Translations under genes and position numbers: made by a program
Notes under the pieces: generated by a model
The model's database searches: none
What the model was told of the DNA's origin: nothing
What the model saw: only the letters and a program-made list of their open reading frames with translations
DNA from: Elusimicrobiota bacterium
GTDB taxonomy: Bacteria > Elusimicrobiota > Endomicrobiia > CG1-02-37-114 > JAHJSO01
Reading direction: 5' to 3'
Assembly: GCA_043826435.1 (NCBI GenBank)
Contig: JBDRQF010000005.1
Span: 1-15,023, forward strand
DNA: 15,023 bases
Shown here: positions 1 to 8,570 of the stretch, piece by piece
How positions within the stretch are numbered: the first letter of the stretch is position 1
How the letters are laid out: each line of letters starts with the position of its first letter

Positions 1-29
1 ATTGTACACTATTTTTTTTCTTTTGTCAA
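1..29 (-). promoter_or_regulatory. sigma70-type promoter pointing out of the left edge of the window
   Basis: Minus strand TTGACA (29-24), 17 nt spacer, TACAAT (6-1); A/T tract (UP-like) at 33-48. Confidence 0.75.
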
Positions 30-108
30 GGGTTTTTTAAAAAATTTTGGGTGCGGCCTGAAATGATATGGTCCTCAAAACCTTATATGGGAACTTATCC
101 GTGGGTAT

Positions 109-1074
109 CTAAAACTTGACCGAGAAAGAAACACGGTGGGAAGTATCCAGATTGCCGTAAGGGACAAGGGCATAGTCAATCTGGACAGGTGAGTATATGA
201 AGCCGATGCCTGCAGTAAGGTTGCTGAGTCCTCCTGTGTCGTCATTGCCCGTTAATTTTAGTTTGTAACCACCCCTGAGCGCAAGCATTTGTTTAATCCG
301 GAACTCTAAACCGATGTTGGCTGATATGTCGTTATCATTCGGTATATTTACGTCCATGGTGATGGTCATTGGTTTATTGACGGGACTGTATGCACAGCCC
401 GCTTTGATGTTTGCTGGTAATTGATATGCCTTATCAATAAACTTCAGTTGCCCGACAATGTTTTGCAGTGATAGCCCTGTTTTGAATTCTCCCGCAGTAT
501 CTCCCGCAGCAAAAGATAATAATATACCTGCATCCGCTGTTATTGTCTGTGCTGATTCTTTTTCTATTTTTGACTGGACACTTTTTAGTGTAGCGCCGAC
601 TGACAATTTTTCATTTAGTTTTTTTCCGCAGGATATGCCGACCGCAATGTCATTTGCTGTAAAATCTGGCTCTGGTTGGTTTGTGTCAGACCAGCCGTCA
701 ATTTTGCCATAGTCAAGATATAAAACGCTCAATCCCACACTGCAGTTCTCTAACGGATGGACAAATCCGATAAAGCCATAGTTTGTGTCAATTAACCATT
801 TGTTATACATCACCGAAAGTTCTTTTTTAACTACGGTTGATATACCCGCGGGGTTCCAGTAGAGTGCATTGGCATCGTCAGCAACAGCAACAAATGATTC
901 ACCCATTGCAACCGCCCTCGCTCCGACACCGATTTTCAGAAATGCCGCACCTGAGGTGCCTGCTTTTGAATTTATCCCTGCACTGGCGGGCGTGAAAAAT
1001 CCACCCGTTAGGACTGTGAGAAACACAGCCAGAACGCAAATAATACTTCCAATGATACAGGTTTTCTTTCTCAT
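109..1074 (-). CDS. PorV/PorQ (UPF0164)-family outer-membrane beta-barrel protein
   Basis: Signal peptide ending near ASA; hallmark GTSGAAFLKIGVGARAVAMGESFVAVADDANALYWNPAG; alternating amphipathic beta-strands; C-terminal Phe (SFSVKF). ATGA overlap with the upstream gene. Confidence 0.85.
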   Translation of the reverse strand: MRKKTCIIGSIICVLAVFLTVLTGGFFTPASAGINSKAGTSGAAFLKIGVGARAVAMGESFVAVADDANALYWNPAGISTVVKKELSVMYNKWLIDTNYGFIGFVHPLENCSVGLSVLYLDYGKIDGWSDTNQPEPDFTANDIAVGISCGKKLNEKLSVGATLKSVQSKIEKESAQTITADAGILLSFAAGDTAGEFKTGLSLQNIVGQLKFIDKAYQLPANIKAGCAYSPVNKPMTITMDVNIPNDNDISANIGLEFRIKQMLALRGGYKLKLTGNDDTGGLSNLTAGIGFIYSPVQIDYALVPYGNLDTSHRVSFSVKF

Positions 1075-4000
1075 CTTATTATTGCCAGTTTACCCTTTTT
1101 GGGTACGCTGCCTTTGTTGTCCGTTATCAGATAAAAATATATCCCACTTGCAAGTTCTTCACCCGCGTTATTTGTTCCCTTATAGTCAGTCCGCTCACCA
1201 GACGGTGTATCTTTTTCTTCATCAAATACAAGTTCTCCCGCTGCATTGAATATTCTTATACGAACATGTTCTGTTAACTCGGTAAATGTAATTTTTGTGT
1301 GTCCCCTGGACGGGACGAACGGGTTTGGATACGGGTGGGCTTTTGATAGGTCATTCGCTGCACCGGCAAATATCCCGAAATATGAAAAGTGTGCCGTGTT
1401 AAATGTCACCTTTTTGTTGGTTGAATCAACAGTGAACTTATCGCCGGCATATGCCTTCCACTTTTGTTCTGTTTCGTCATAACGGTATGGTCTTATTTGA
1501 TTTGTCTTGCCCGCAACCTTTTCCTGTATATACGGTATGGATATGGTCGCCTCTTTGTTATTTGATAGTTCTTTCTGGTTATTGTCCAACTCAATGCGGT
1601 GTATCTTGCTTAACTTTGAAAATCTCTCCGGTGTTGAAGGGGCGTTCACAGGGTCAGTTACTATATCAAGTTTGGCAAGGAATGTATCCAGTGAACCCGA
1701 CGGAACCATAATTTCAGTGAGGTTGTTTGTATCATCAAGTCCGATTTTTACAGTATTGTTTTTGCTGTTATAGATGCTTTCTGTCTTCTGTATGCCGCCA
1801 TCAGCAGTGAGTTTTTCTTCGCTGTCAGGATTTACATGGTCTATTGTTATTGTAATTGATAATGGCTCAGGGTCATATCCACCGAATATATCAAACGCAA
1901 CCGCCCTTAAATCATAGTTGCCATTTGACAGACCACTCACATCCCAGTGAATAAAATATGGCGGGGTTGAATCAGGGTTTGGAAATTTTGTGCTCAGAAG
2001 TGCAGGAATAAACTTCCATGAATGACTGTCAGATGGCTTGTATTCAAACCGCACATAGTTGACATACAGCCCCTGGATTATCTCTGCAAAAACCGTCATG
2101 TGATTGCCGGTTACCTTCATCCCTGTCTTTGGAATTTTTATTACCGCCTTTACCGTGTAGAGGTCAAGCGTGGGTATCGCTTTCGCTATCATGTTTGTGT
2201 CAAGATTTTCTATGCCACTGCTGTTTACAGGTCGGACGGAAAATGTGTATTCAATACCGAGTGTGAGCGAGGGTGAAGTCCAGCTGAGCGAGGCGGATGT
2301 TACTGTATCGCGTATTACTGCGTAGTTAATAGTTCCCGTGGTTGAATAGTATATCCTGTAGTATGTCACGTCTGTTGACGGCGAGGCGGTCCAGTCAAGC
2401 CGTATCTTGCTCTGATGAACCGGCGTGGCTATTAAATCCCCTACGGGATATGGCTGGTTTGTGTCTATAAATGCCAGTTGAAAGTTTATTGTTGTGGTCT
2501 GACCTGAATAAATTGAAATGTTGGTCTGTGTGCTTGTGTAGTAACCATAGGCAGATGCTCGGACATCATAAACATTTGTCGTCGGTAAAATTATTTCATA
2601 GTTGCCGGAAAGAGTTGTTGTGACAGTTGAAATAAGCGTTTCTGTGCCTGATATTACTGCCCGGATGAGTGCATCGGGTATAGCCGTTAGCCCGTCGGTG
2701 CGGGTGACCTTCCCTGATATTCTACCATAAGATGCTGGGTCCATCTCAAGAGAAAAATTCACAGTTGTCGTCTGATTGGCACTGACCTGAACATTTGCTG
2801 TTGATGATGACTTGTAACCCGTTGCCCAGGCAGTTACACTGTATATGTCGGGATTTAAATTTGGTGCTGAGTAAGTCCCGTCGGAAGCAGTGAGCAGTGT
2901 CTGAACCGTTGTGCCTGATTGTAAGATGTGTACACTTGCACCGATAACAGGTGTTAAGTCATCGGGAAGGGTAACCCTGCCTGAAATTGTTCCCAGTGTT
3001 GAAGGGTCAACCGAGAGCGTAAAATCAACGGTTACGCTTTGACCGCTGGCAACTGTTTTGCCCGTCTGTGTCTGCGGAAGATATCCAGTGGATGATGCCC
3101 GGACATCATAAGTCCCCGAAGATACTGAAATTGAATATGTGCCCGTCGCTACTGCATAAGTAGTGGCTTTTATCTCCCCTGCCTGTAATACCTCAACCTT
3201 TGTGCCGAATAGGACTGTAGTGCCGTCTGAGCGGGTAACCTTGCCTGAGATGGTGCATAAATCAGGCACATATCTGGCGTATTTGAGGTCATTATTACCG
3301 CTGTCATAATAACTGATATGAGAATATCCGTTTGAATCAATATCTAATGATACATAACCCGTGTTATTTGATGAATCAATAGTTGAAATATTCCAGGAAC
3401 CCCCATCCCATTTGGCATATTTGAGCGTTTTATTCACGCTGTCTTCATATACAATGTGAGGATAATCATTGGAGTCAAGGTCTAGAGAAATATAATGACT
3501 AACATCGCCAGAATCAACTGTCTGAATATTCCATGAAGTTCCATTCCACATGGCATACTTGAGATTCATATTGGTATCGTCATGATAAGCAATATGCGGA
3601 TAGCCAGAGGTATCTATTTTTACTGAAGTGTAATGGCCCAAATCGCCGGTGGAGTCAATTGTCTGGATGTTCCATGAAGAGCCATTCCATTTGGCATATT
3701 TGAGGTCAGCATAATCTAAATTGCGATAACTTATGTGAGCGTAATTGTTTGAGTCAAGAGCTAAAGATGTACAATGGCCGGTCCAACCGGTGGATTCAAC
3801 CGTCTGAATATTCCACGAAGAACCGTTCCATTTTGCATATTTGAGATCTCTATTTAGTCCCTCCCAGTAACTAATATGAGGATATCCATTAGAATCCATA
3901 GCAAGTGAATTATCCTTCCCGGCATCTCCTGTGGAGTCAACAAAAGATATATCCCACGAACTTCCATTCCATCTAGCATATTTAATATCTTGGGTGTCGT

Positions 4001-4307
4001 TATTGTAGTAAGTAAAACTGGGAAGATTGTTGTTTGGGTCTACTGCTATAGAAATATGATGTCCTACACTACCTGCTGAGTCAATTGTTTGAATGTTCCA
4101 TGAAGAGCCGGTCCATCGGGCATATTTTACATCAAGGTTAGTTGAGTCATGATATGCTATGTGAGGAAAACCACTGCTATCAACTATTATTGCACTAACA
4201 TAACCAACATCACCAGAAGAGTCAACTGTCGGAATGTTCCAACCTGCCCGCAGGGTTGTAGGCGGTGCTAAAAATGAGAAAATAAAATAAATTATAAACA
4301 CACCCAT
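1071..4307 (-). CDS. Large secreted modular protein: beta-propeller, 3 carboxypeptidase-regulatory-like domains, FN3, Ig-like domains, T9SS type-A-like C-terminal sorting domain
   Basis: The ORF is open from 4457, but a promoter lies at 4394-4421, so the likely start is ATG 4307 or TTG 4352. Hydrophobic signal ends near LRA. Seven ~47-aa repeats; three (T/R)ISG(K/R)VT...G(T/N)Y domains; FN3-like IRLDWTAS...YRIYY...YTFSVRPVN; C-terminus PYPNPF...IRIFNAAGELV...LASGIYFY...KLAIIR. Confidence 0.8.
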   Translation of the reverse strand: MGVFIIYFIFSFLAPPTTLRAGWNIPTVDSSGDVGYVSAIIVDSSGFPHIAYHDSTNLDVKYARWTGSSWNIQTIDSAGSVGHHISIAVDPNNNLPSFTYYNNDTQDIKYARWNGSSWDISFVDSTGDAGKDNSLAMDSNGYPHISYWEGLNRDLKYAKWNGSSWNIQTVESTGWTGHCTSLALDSNNYAHISYRNLDYADLKYAKWNGSSWNIQTIDSTGDLGHYTSVKIDTSGYPHIAYHDDTNMNLKYAMWNGTSWNIQTVDSGDVSHYISLDLDSNDYPHIVYEDSVNKTLKYAKWDGGSWNISTIDSSNNTGYVSLDIDSNGYSHISYYDSGNNDLKYARYVPDLCTISGKVTRSDGTTVLFGTKVEVLQAGEIKATTYAVATGTYSISVSSGTYDVRASSTGYLPQTQTGKTVASGQSVTVDFTLSVDPSTLGTISGRVTLPDDLTPVIGASVHILQSGTTVQTLLTASDGTYSAPNLNPDIYSVTAWATGYKSSSTANVQVSANQTTTVNFSLEMDPASYGRISGKVTRTDGLTAIPDALIRAVISGTETLISTVTTTLSGNYEIILPTTNVYDVRASAYGYYTSTQTNISIYSGQTTTINFQLAFIDTNQPYPVGDLIATPVHQSKIRLDWTASPSTDVTYYRIYYSTTGTINYAVIRDTVTSASLSWTSPSLTLGIEYTFSVRPVNSSGIENLDTNMIAKAIPTLDLYTVKAVIKIPKTGMKVTGNHMTVFAEIIQGLYVNYVRFEYKPSDSHSWKFIPALLSTKFPNPDSTPPYFIHWDVSGLSNGNYDLRAVAFDIFGGYDPEPLSITITIDHVNPDSEEKLTADGGIQKTESIYNSKNNTVKIGLDDTNNLTEIMVPSGSLDTFLAKLDIVTDPVNAPSTPERFSKLSKIHRIELDNNQKELSNNKEATISIPYIQEKVAGKTNQIRPYRYDETEQKWKAYAGDKFTVDSTNKKVTFNTAHFSYFGIFAGAANDLSKAHPYPNPFVPSRGHTKITFTELTEHVRIRIFNAAGELVFDEEKDTPSGERTDYKGTNNAGEELASGIYFYLITDNKGSVPKKGKLAIIR
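3270..4241 (-). repeat. Seven tandem ~47-aa coding repeats (predicted beta-propeller blades)
   Basis: Consensus W-N-I-Q-T-(V/I)-D-S-x-G-x-x-G-x-x-x-S-L-x-L-D-S-N-x-Y-P-H-I-S-Y-x6-D-L-K-Y-A-(K/R)-W-N-G-S-S, counted 7 times. Confidence 0.9.
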
Positions 4308-4393
4308 TTTAATATAGTTTTTAGAACACCCCTCGCGTTGCTTGTTCCTCAATATTTTGATTTTTATCCGAATAGCCCCATCCTTGCTATAAT

Positions 4394-4421
4394 AGTATAA
4401 CCATTTTTCTGACTTTGTCAA
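4394..4421 (-). promoter_or_regulatory. sigma70-type promoter for the secreted protein/PorV-like pair
   Basis: Minus strand TTGACA (4421-4416), 16 nt spacer, TATACT (4399-4394); same upstream A/T block as the promoter at 1-45. Confidence 0.7.
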
Positions 4422-4453
4422 GGGTTTTTTTAAAAAATCTGTGTCAGATAACT

Positions 4454-5194
4454 TCACCTGTTTATTCCTACTTTGATATACAACGTCATTATTAAGTACG
4501 CACCGATTGTTTTAAGTATCTTTATTTTTGATTTGCCCTTTTTTAAGTCATACCGGAGGGCAAGCGGGACTTCTTCTATTTTGGGTTTTAGTGCCAGTGA
4601 TTTTAACAGGAGTTCGGTGCCGGCAGGAAATCCGGTTTGGGTTATTAGTTTGTCGCCAAAAGTTTTATGCAATTTTATGAGCAAGTCCCCGCGGTAAGCA
4701 CGGAAACCACAGGTGTAGTCCGTTAGCCCGCGGTAAGGGAACATAATTGAAAATAGCCCGCGGGCAAGTCGGCTCAGAAATTTTCGTCCAATGGTTAACC
4801 CTATTTCCTCTCCCCCTTTGCAAAAACGCGAAGCAATCACAATGCCGGCGTCCCCAATTGTTTTTTCAACCATTGCTTTTGAGACGTACAACGGGTGGGT
4901 GTTGTCTGCATCAAGGGTGAGGACGATGTCGTCGGGCTGAATTACCTTAAAAAGGTAGTCAAACCCGGTTTTTAATGCCGCCCCGAGACCGGAATTTTTC
5001 TCATGCCTGATGATGGTAAGACAGCCGGGAAATTTTGACACCGAATTCTTCGCAATGGCGGATGTTTCATCCGTTGAGCCATCATCAACCAGGATTATTT
5101 TAAAAGGCACGTCCCCGTAGTTTTCCCCGATGTCGGATATGACGCCGGCAATGTTATCCTGTTCGTTATAAGCAGCAAGTAAAGAGTATATCAT
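4454..5194 (-). CDS. GT2 glycosyltransferase, polyprenol-phosphate sugar synthase (DPM1/Ppm1-like)
   Basis: AAYNEQDNI, ILVDDGSTDET, HEKNSGLGAALKTG, DAD motif (TLDADNTHP), VIASRF, DYTCGFRAYR; 246 aa. Confidence 0.9.
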   Translation of the reverse strand: MIYSLLAAYNEQDNIAGVISDIGENYGDVPFKIILVDDGSTDETSAIAKNSVSKFPGCLTIIRHEKNSGLGAALKTGFDYLFKVIQPDDIVLTLDADNTHPLYVSKAMVEKTIGDAGIVIASRFCKGGEEIGLTIGRKFLSRLARGLFSIMFPYRGLTDYTCGFRAYRGDLLIKLHKTFGDKLITQTGFPAGTELLLKSLALKPKIEEVPLALRYDLKKGKSKIKILKTIGAYLIMTLYIKVGINR

Positions 5195-6972
5195 ATTTTG
5201 TTTTTTATTGACGGTTCCAGCGATATTGCACGTCTAAGTGAGGCATCAGCCCTTGTCCTTTCACCCAGGTAATGGAATACCCTGCCGAGATATATGTGCG
5301 TCAGGTAGTTATAAGGGTTCTTTTCCTGAGCGGTATTCAGTGATGCGAGGGCGTTTTTAATCTGTCTTTTGTCTTTTGCCGACGCCAGGATGTAAAGTTC
5401 ACCTAATTGCAGGTGATATCTGTAGTTTTCAGGGTCAAGTCCGGACGCCTTTTGAAGCGATTTGATTTTTTTATTGAGATCGCGCGTGTTATCCGGTTTA
5501 TGGTACGGTTCGCCCTGCCTGTAAAAAAATTCAGGTCTAAAAGGGTTTATCTTTGAAGCCGCGGGATAATTATTCCCCGCTGCAAAAAATTCAGAGAGGA
5601 GGATTGCGGAATATATCAGCAAAATGATTATGCTCGCCATGGAACCCGCCACGGAAAATATTTTATTGTTGAAGTGTGTCCGGGGATGCGGCTGAGGAGT
5701 TTTTCCACGTTGGTTCAGCCCGGCAAGCATAAGCGCCATGAATACGTTGGCGGGCAGGTGCAGGGTTAAATCAAACAGCCCGCAGAAAAGCAGCGTTAGT
5801 ATGCCTGCTTTGGCGAAGGGATAACCCCCAAAGCCACTGAATAAAGACACTGCCATCCATACCAGCAGTAACAGCCCGGGCAGACCTAATTCAGCGGCTA
5901 CCTGCAGGGGTTCAGAGTGTGCAAAATCAGTGTGATATTTATAGGTGTGTCCGCCCGGCAGTGAAACCGGAAAATTGTATCTTGAGAAAAAATTCCCGTA
6001 GTTGCCGAGGCCGACCCCATAAACGGGATTGTCCCTTATGATTTTCAATGCCGAATTCCAGAGAGACGGCCTGTAAAACGCCAGCGGGTCGTTTATTCTC
6101 GCATACCTTTCTGCGATTTTGTCGCCGCCTGCGAGTAAGAACACGGCGATTATTATGCCGGACGACAGAACTGCCTTTATTTTATATTTCATAATAAACA
6201 GAGTGCCCCCGGATATCAAGAGCGCGGCGAGGGCGGAGCGTGAGTGGCCCAGAAAAATGCCGACCGTTCCGGCGATAACGGAGGCGGTAAGCAATAACCT
6301 TAATAACTTTGATTCACCGGCGGTGTCATCGGCAATCGTAGCGGGGCATTGTGCGTTTGATAAACCTGTTGTTTCATTGCACGATTTGTCCCCATCTCCA
6401 TTGTCTGATGTGTTGCGATTTTTGTTCCACCTTATAAAGCCAAGCAAATAACCCAGGCATGCGACCGATATGCCGGCCATGAAGACAGCGGCAAAGTTCG
6501 GGTTTTTAGGGAATAGCCCGTACGGAGTTCCCCCGGTGATTTTTTGATACGCTATCGTCAGAAACTGAAGGATGCACAGGACGGAGAGCGTGATAAGGGA
6601 TGTCCCCCGGAAGCCGTCTCCGGTCCCGGCGGCGTTGACGCACAGGATAAAAAACATAAAGTAAACGGTTATCTGCAGTGTATTTTTGAATGCAGGGAAA
6701 AAACATCTTGATGCAAGGAGTGAAAAAGCAGACCAGGTTAAAAACAGGATGAACGGGGTTAAAATCCTGTCGGGGATTATGCCCAGCCCGGAGATTATGC
6801 CCGGAAAGCCACCGGACAGGTTTTTATCGGAATCCTTATTCAGTCCCGCGTAAATAAAATACGCAACCATTACAATCGCCACTATGGAGAATTGCCACAG
6901 GAGTTTCCCCCCGCCCAATAAAACGGTCAGCGTCAATATCCCTGCCGGTAGATAATTTTTTATTTTTTCCAT
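5191..6972 (-). CDS. O-antigen ligase / O-oligosaccharyltransferase family (Wzy_C) membrane protein with TPR-like C-terminus
   Basis: Many TM segments; NPNFAA, HSRSA, RPSLWNSALKIIRDNPVYGVGLGNY, AHSEPLQVAAELGLPG; TPR-like tail (LDPENYRYHLQLGELY, NPYNYLTHIYLGRVF). Confidence 0.85.
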   Translation of the reverse strand: MEKIKNYLPAGILTLTVLLGGGKLLWQFSIVAIVMVAYFIYAGLNKDSDKNLSGGFPGIISGLGIIPDRILTPFILFLTWSAFSLLASRCFFPAFKNTLQITVYFMFFILCVNAAGTGDGFRGTSLITLSVLCILQFLTIAYQKITGGTPYGLFPKNPNFAAVFMAGISVACLGYLLGFIRWNKNRNTSDNGDGDKSCNETTGLSNAQCPATIADDTAGESKLLRLLLTASVIAGTVGIFLGHSRSALAALLISGGTLFIMKYKIKAVLSSGIIIAVFLLAGGDKIAERYARINDPLAFYRPSLWNSALKIIRDNPVYGVGLGNYGNFFSRYNFPVSLPGGHTYKYHTDFAHSEPLQVAAELGLPGLLLLVWMAVSLFSGFGGYPFAKAGILTLLFCGLFDLTLHLPANVFMALMLAGLNQRGKTPQPHPRTHFNNKIFSVAGSMASIIILLIYSAILLSEFFAAGNNYPAASKINPFRPEFFYRQGEPYHKPDNTRDLNKKIKSLQKASGLDPENYRYHLQLGELYILASAKDKRQIKNALASLNTAQEKNPYNYLTHIYLGRVFHYLGERTRADASLRRAISLEPSIKNKI

Positions 6973-8570
6973 GTTTGTTTAAGAAACGGTTTCAAGAACG
7001 GATTGTGTCTTTTTGCGTTTTCAAATGATACCTCGGATTCATAAAGATACGACCTGTACCTGCTTGCCTTATATTTTTTTAAGTACACGGCGGCAAGTTC
7101 CGCGTGGGCCGGCCAGATATTGTCCATTATCCTGATGCTCTTTTTAAGTTTTTCCTCCGCCTCGTCCAGCATCGCCTCATTCAGCATTGCCCCATTCAGC
7201 ATCGCCTCATCCGGGATGCCGGCACGGGAAAGGTTCCTGCCTGCGCTGTAATGCAGGGTGGCATTGTATGTCCTTATCACGCTTTCAGAATATGAAATTA
7301 GCAGGAAGGTAATGAGAAGTACGACGACGAGGAACGGCACGGCGACCGTGTGCCTGGTGGTGTCCGTGCAATTGCCTGTGGCGGTATTTTGACAGGTGTT
7401 GCACCGGTTCGTGTCGTCTGTTTCGTGTTCTGCCCGCGGGTGGGCAATCCCGAGCAGAGACCAGAATAAAATTGCGTTTGCGGGTATTGAAAGGTTGTAA
7501 TCAAAAATATTCTGTATCAATATTGAAAGGATGGCTATTTTGAAATAGGTATTTTCAGTCCTGCCGATTGATTTATACAGGAACAGGACTAACATAATAA
7601 GAGCAGGTATCCCCATATCACCCGCCAATTGCAGGAAATAATTATGGGCGAAAACGGACGAGAGTTCTGCGGTTTTGTAGAGAGGATAGACGAATTCAAA
7701 ACTTCCCGGGCCTGTGCCCAGTAAGGGGTGGTCGCGGATTATCCGGACGGATGATTCCCACCACAGCAAGCGGTTGACGGCGTCGGGCGATAGGGTTTTC
7801 AGGCCAAGGAAGATTAAGAAAATCAGGAAGGATAAAATAATCCCCCTTTTTACGGAAAGTTTTGTTATCAGCACGGCGGTTGCCAGCGCAAGGATTGCCG
7901 CTCCCGACCTGGTAAATAAAAGGCAGATAGCGGATACGCATAGCGTAACAAGCAGCAGATATTTTTTTGTTTTTGTCCCTTCCTGTTGGTACATATAAAG
8001 AATGCAGGGTAAAGACATAATGATGTATCCGGCAAGGACGTTTGCATTTATCATTGTGGAAGGCGGCGGTGATTGTTTTAAAAAGATTGTCTGATAGATT
8101 GCTACGGCGGAAATAATAAAAACGGCAGGGGCAAGAAAATTCAGTGCCCTTTTCCTTCCGGCGTCACTGAATTGTGTAAATAAATAGTACAGGGCTATGT
8201 AGTTTATCCAGTTGTGGAGTTCAAGTTGGGCATTAAATCTTATTTTTGAAAAAAGATAAGACAGCAGAAAAAATAACAGGAATGAGAAGAGGAAAACGGC
8301 GGGGCGGATTCTACTGGTACCGGGACGCGGCGATGGCAACCCGAACGCAAACAACCGGAGTGGGGACAAGTTGAATCGCGGTGACCCGGATAGCGGAAAG
8401 CCGGTTTTAGGTGTATCACTTATGAAGTATAAAAAAATACCGGCAGAGGTTATCAGGTGGAGCGGCGTTTTTGACCATACGTCCCAGCCGGCTTCAAGGA
8501 TACAGGAGAGTAACAGAACAATGCCTGCAATGTACGTCGGCAGATATCCGGACACATTTTCAATCCTCAA
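6960..8570 (-). CDS. O-antigen ligase / O-oligosaccharyltransferase family (Wzy_C) membrane protein with TPR-like C-terminus
   Basis: NANVLAGY, FTRSGAA, RLLWWESSVRIIRDHPLLGTGPGSF, AHNYFLQLAGDMGIPAL; helical TPR-like tail. The start may be GTG 8555, which has GAGGA 8 nt upstream. Confidence 0.85.
   Translation of the reverse strand: MRIENVSGYLPTYIAGIVLLLSCILEAGWDVWSKTPLHLITSAGIFLYFISDTPKTGFPLSGSPRFNLSPLRLFAFGLPSPRPGTSRIRPAVFLFSFLLFFLLSYLFSKIRFNAQLELHNWINYIALYYLFTQFSDAGRKRALNFLAPAVFIISAVAIYQTIFLKQSPPPSTMINANVLAGYIIMSLPCILYMYQQEGTKTKKYLLLVTLCVSAICLLFTRSGAAILALATAVLITKLSVKRGIILSFLIFLIFLGLKTLSPDAVNRLLWWESSVRIIRDHPLLGTGPGSFEFVYPLYKTAELSSVFAHNYFLQLAGDMGIPALIMLVLFLYKSIGRTENTYFKIAILSILIQNIFDYNLSIPANAILFWSLLGIAHPRAEHETDDTNRCNTCQNTATGNCTDTTRHTVAVPFLVVVLLITFLLISYSESVIRTYNATLHYSAGRNLSRAGIPDEAMLNGAMLNEAMLDEAEEKLKKSIRIMDNIWPAHAELAAVYLKKYKASRYRSYLYESEVSFENAKRHNPFLKPFLKQTWKK
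7158..7211. repeat. 15-bp in-frame tandem repeat, about 3.5 copies (EAMLN/GAMLN/EAMLD)
   Basis: CAGCATCGCCTCATT (7167-7181), CAGCATTGCCCCATT (7182-7196), CAGCATCGCCTCATC (7197-7211), plus a partial copy at 7158-7166. Confidence 0.9.

Noticed and set aside
46..108. Intrinsic terminator after the PorV-like gene
   Set aside because: No convincing GC-rich hairpin followed by a U tract.
3270..4241. CRISPR array or DGR template/variable repeats
   Set aside because: The repeats are degenerate, in frame and protein-coding; there are no identical repeat-spacer units, adenine-specific repeat pair, cas gene or reverse transcriptase.
4353..4457. N-terminal extension of the 1128-aa ORF as given in the ORF track
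   Set aside because: It runs through a clear promoter and A/T tract and places the signal peptide about 50 residues in; a start at 4307 or 4352 fits better.
6506..7941. Short alternative-frame minus-strand ORFs (66, 68, 81 aa)
   Set aside because: Fully nested in intact OTase-like genes; no evidence of frameshift or function.
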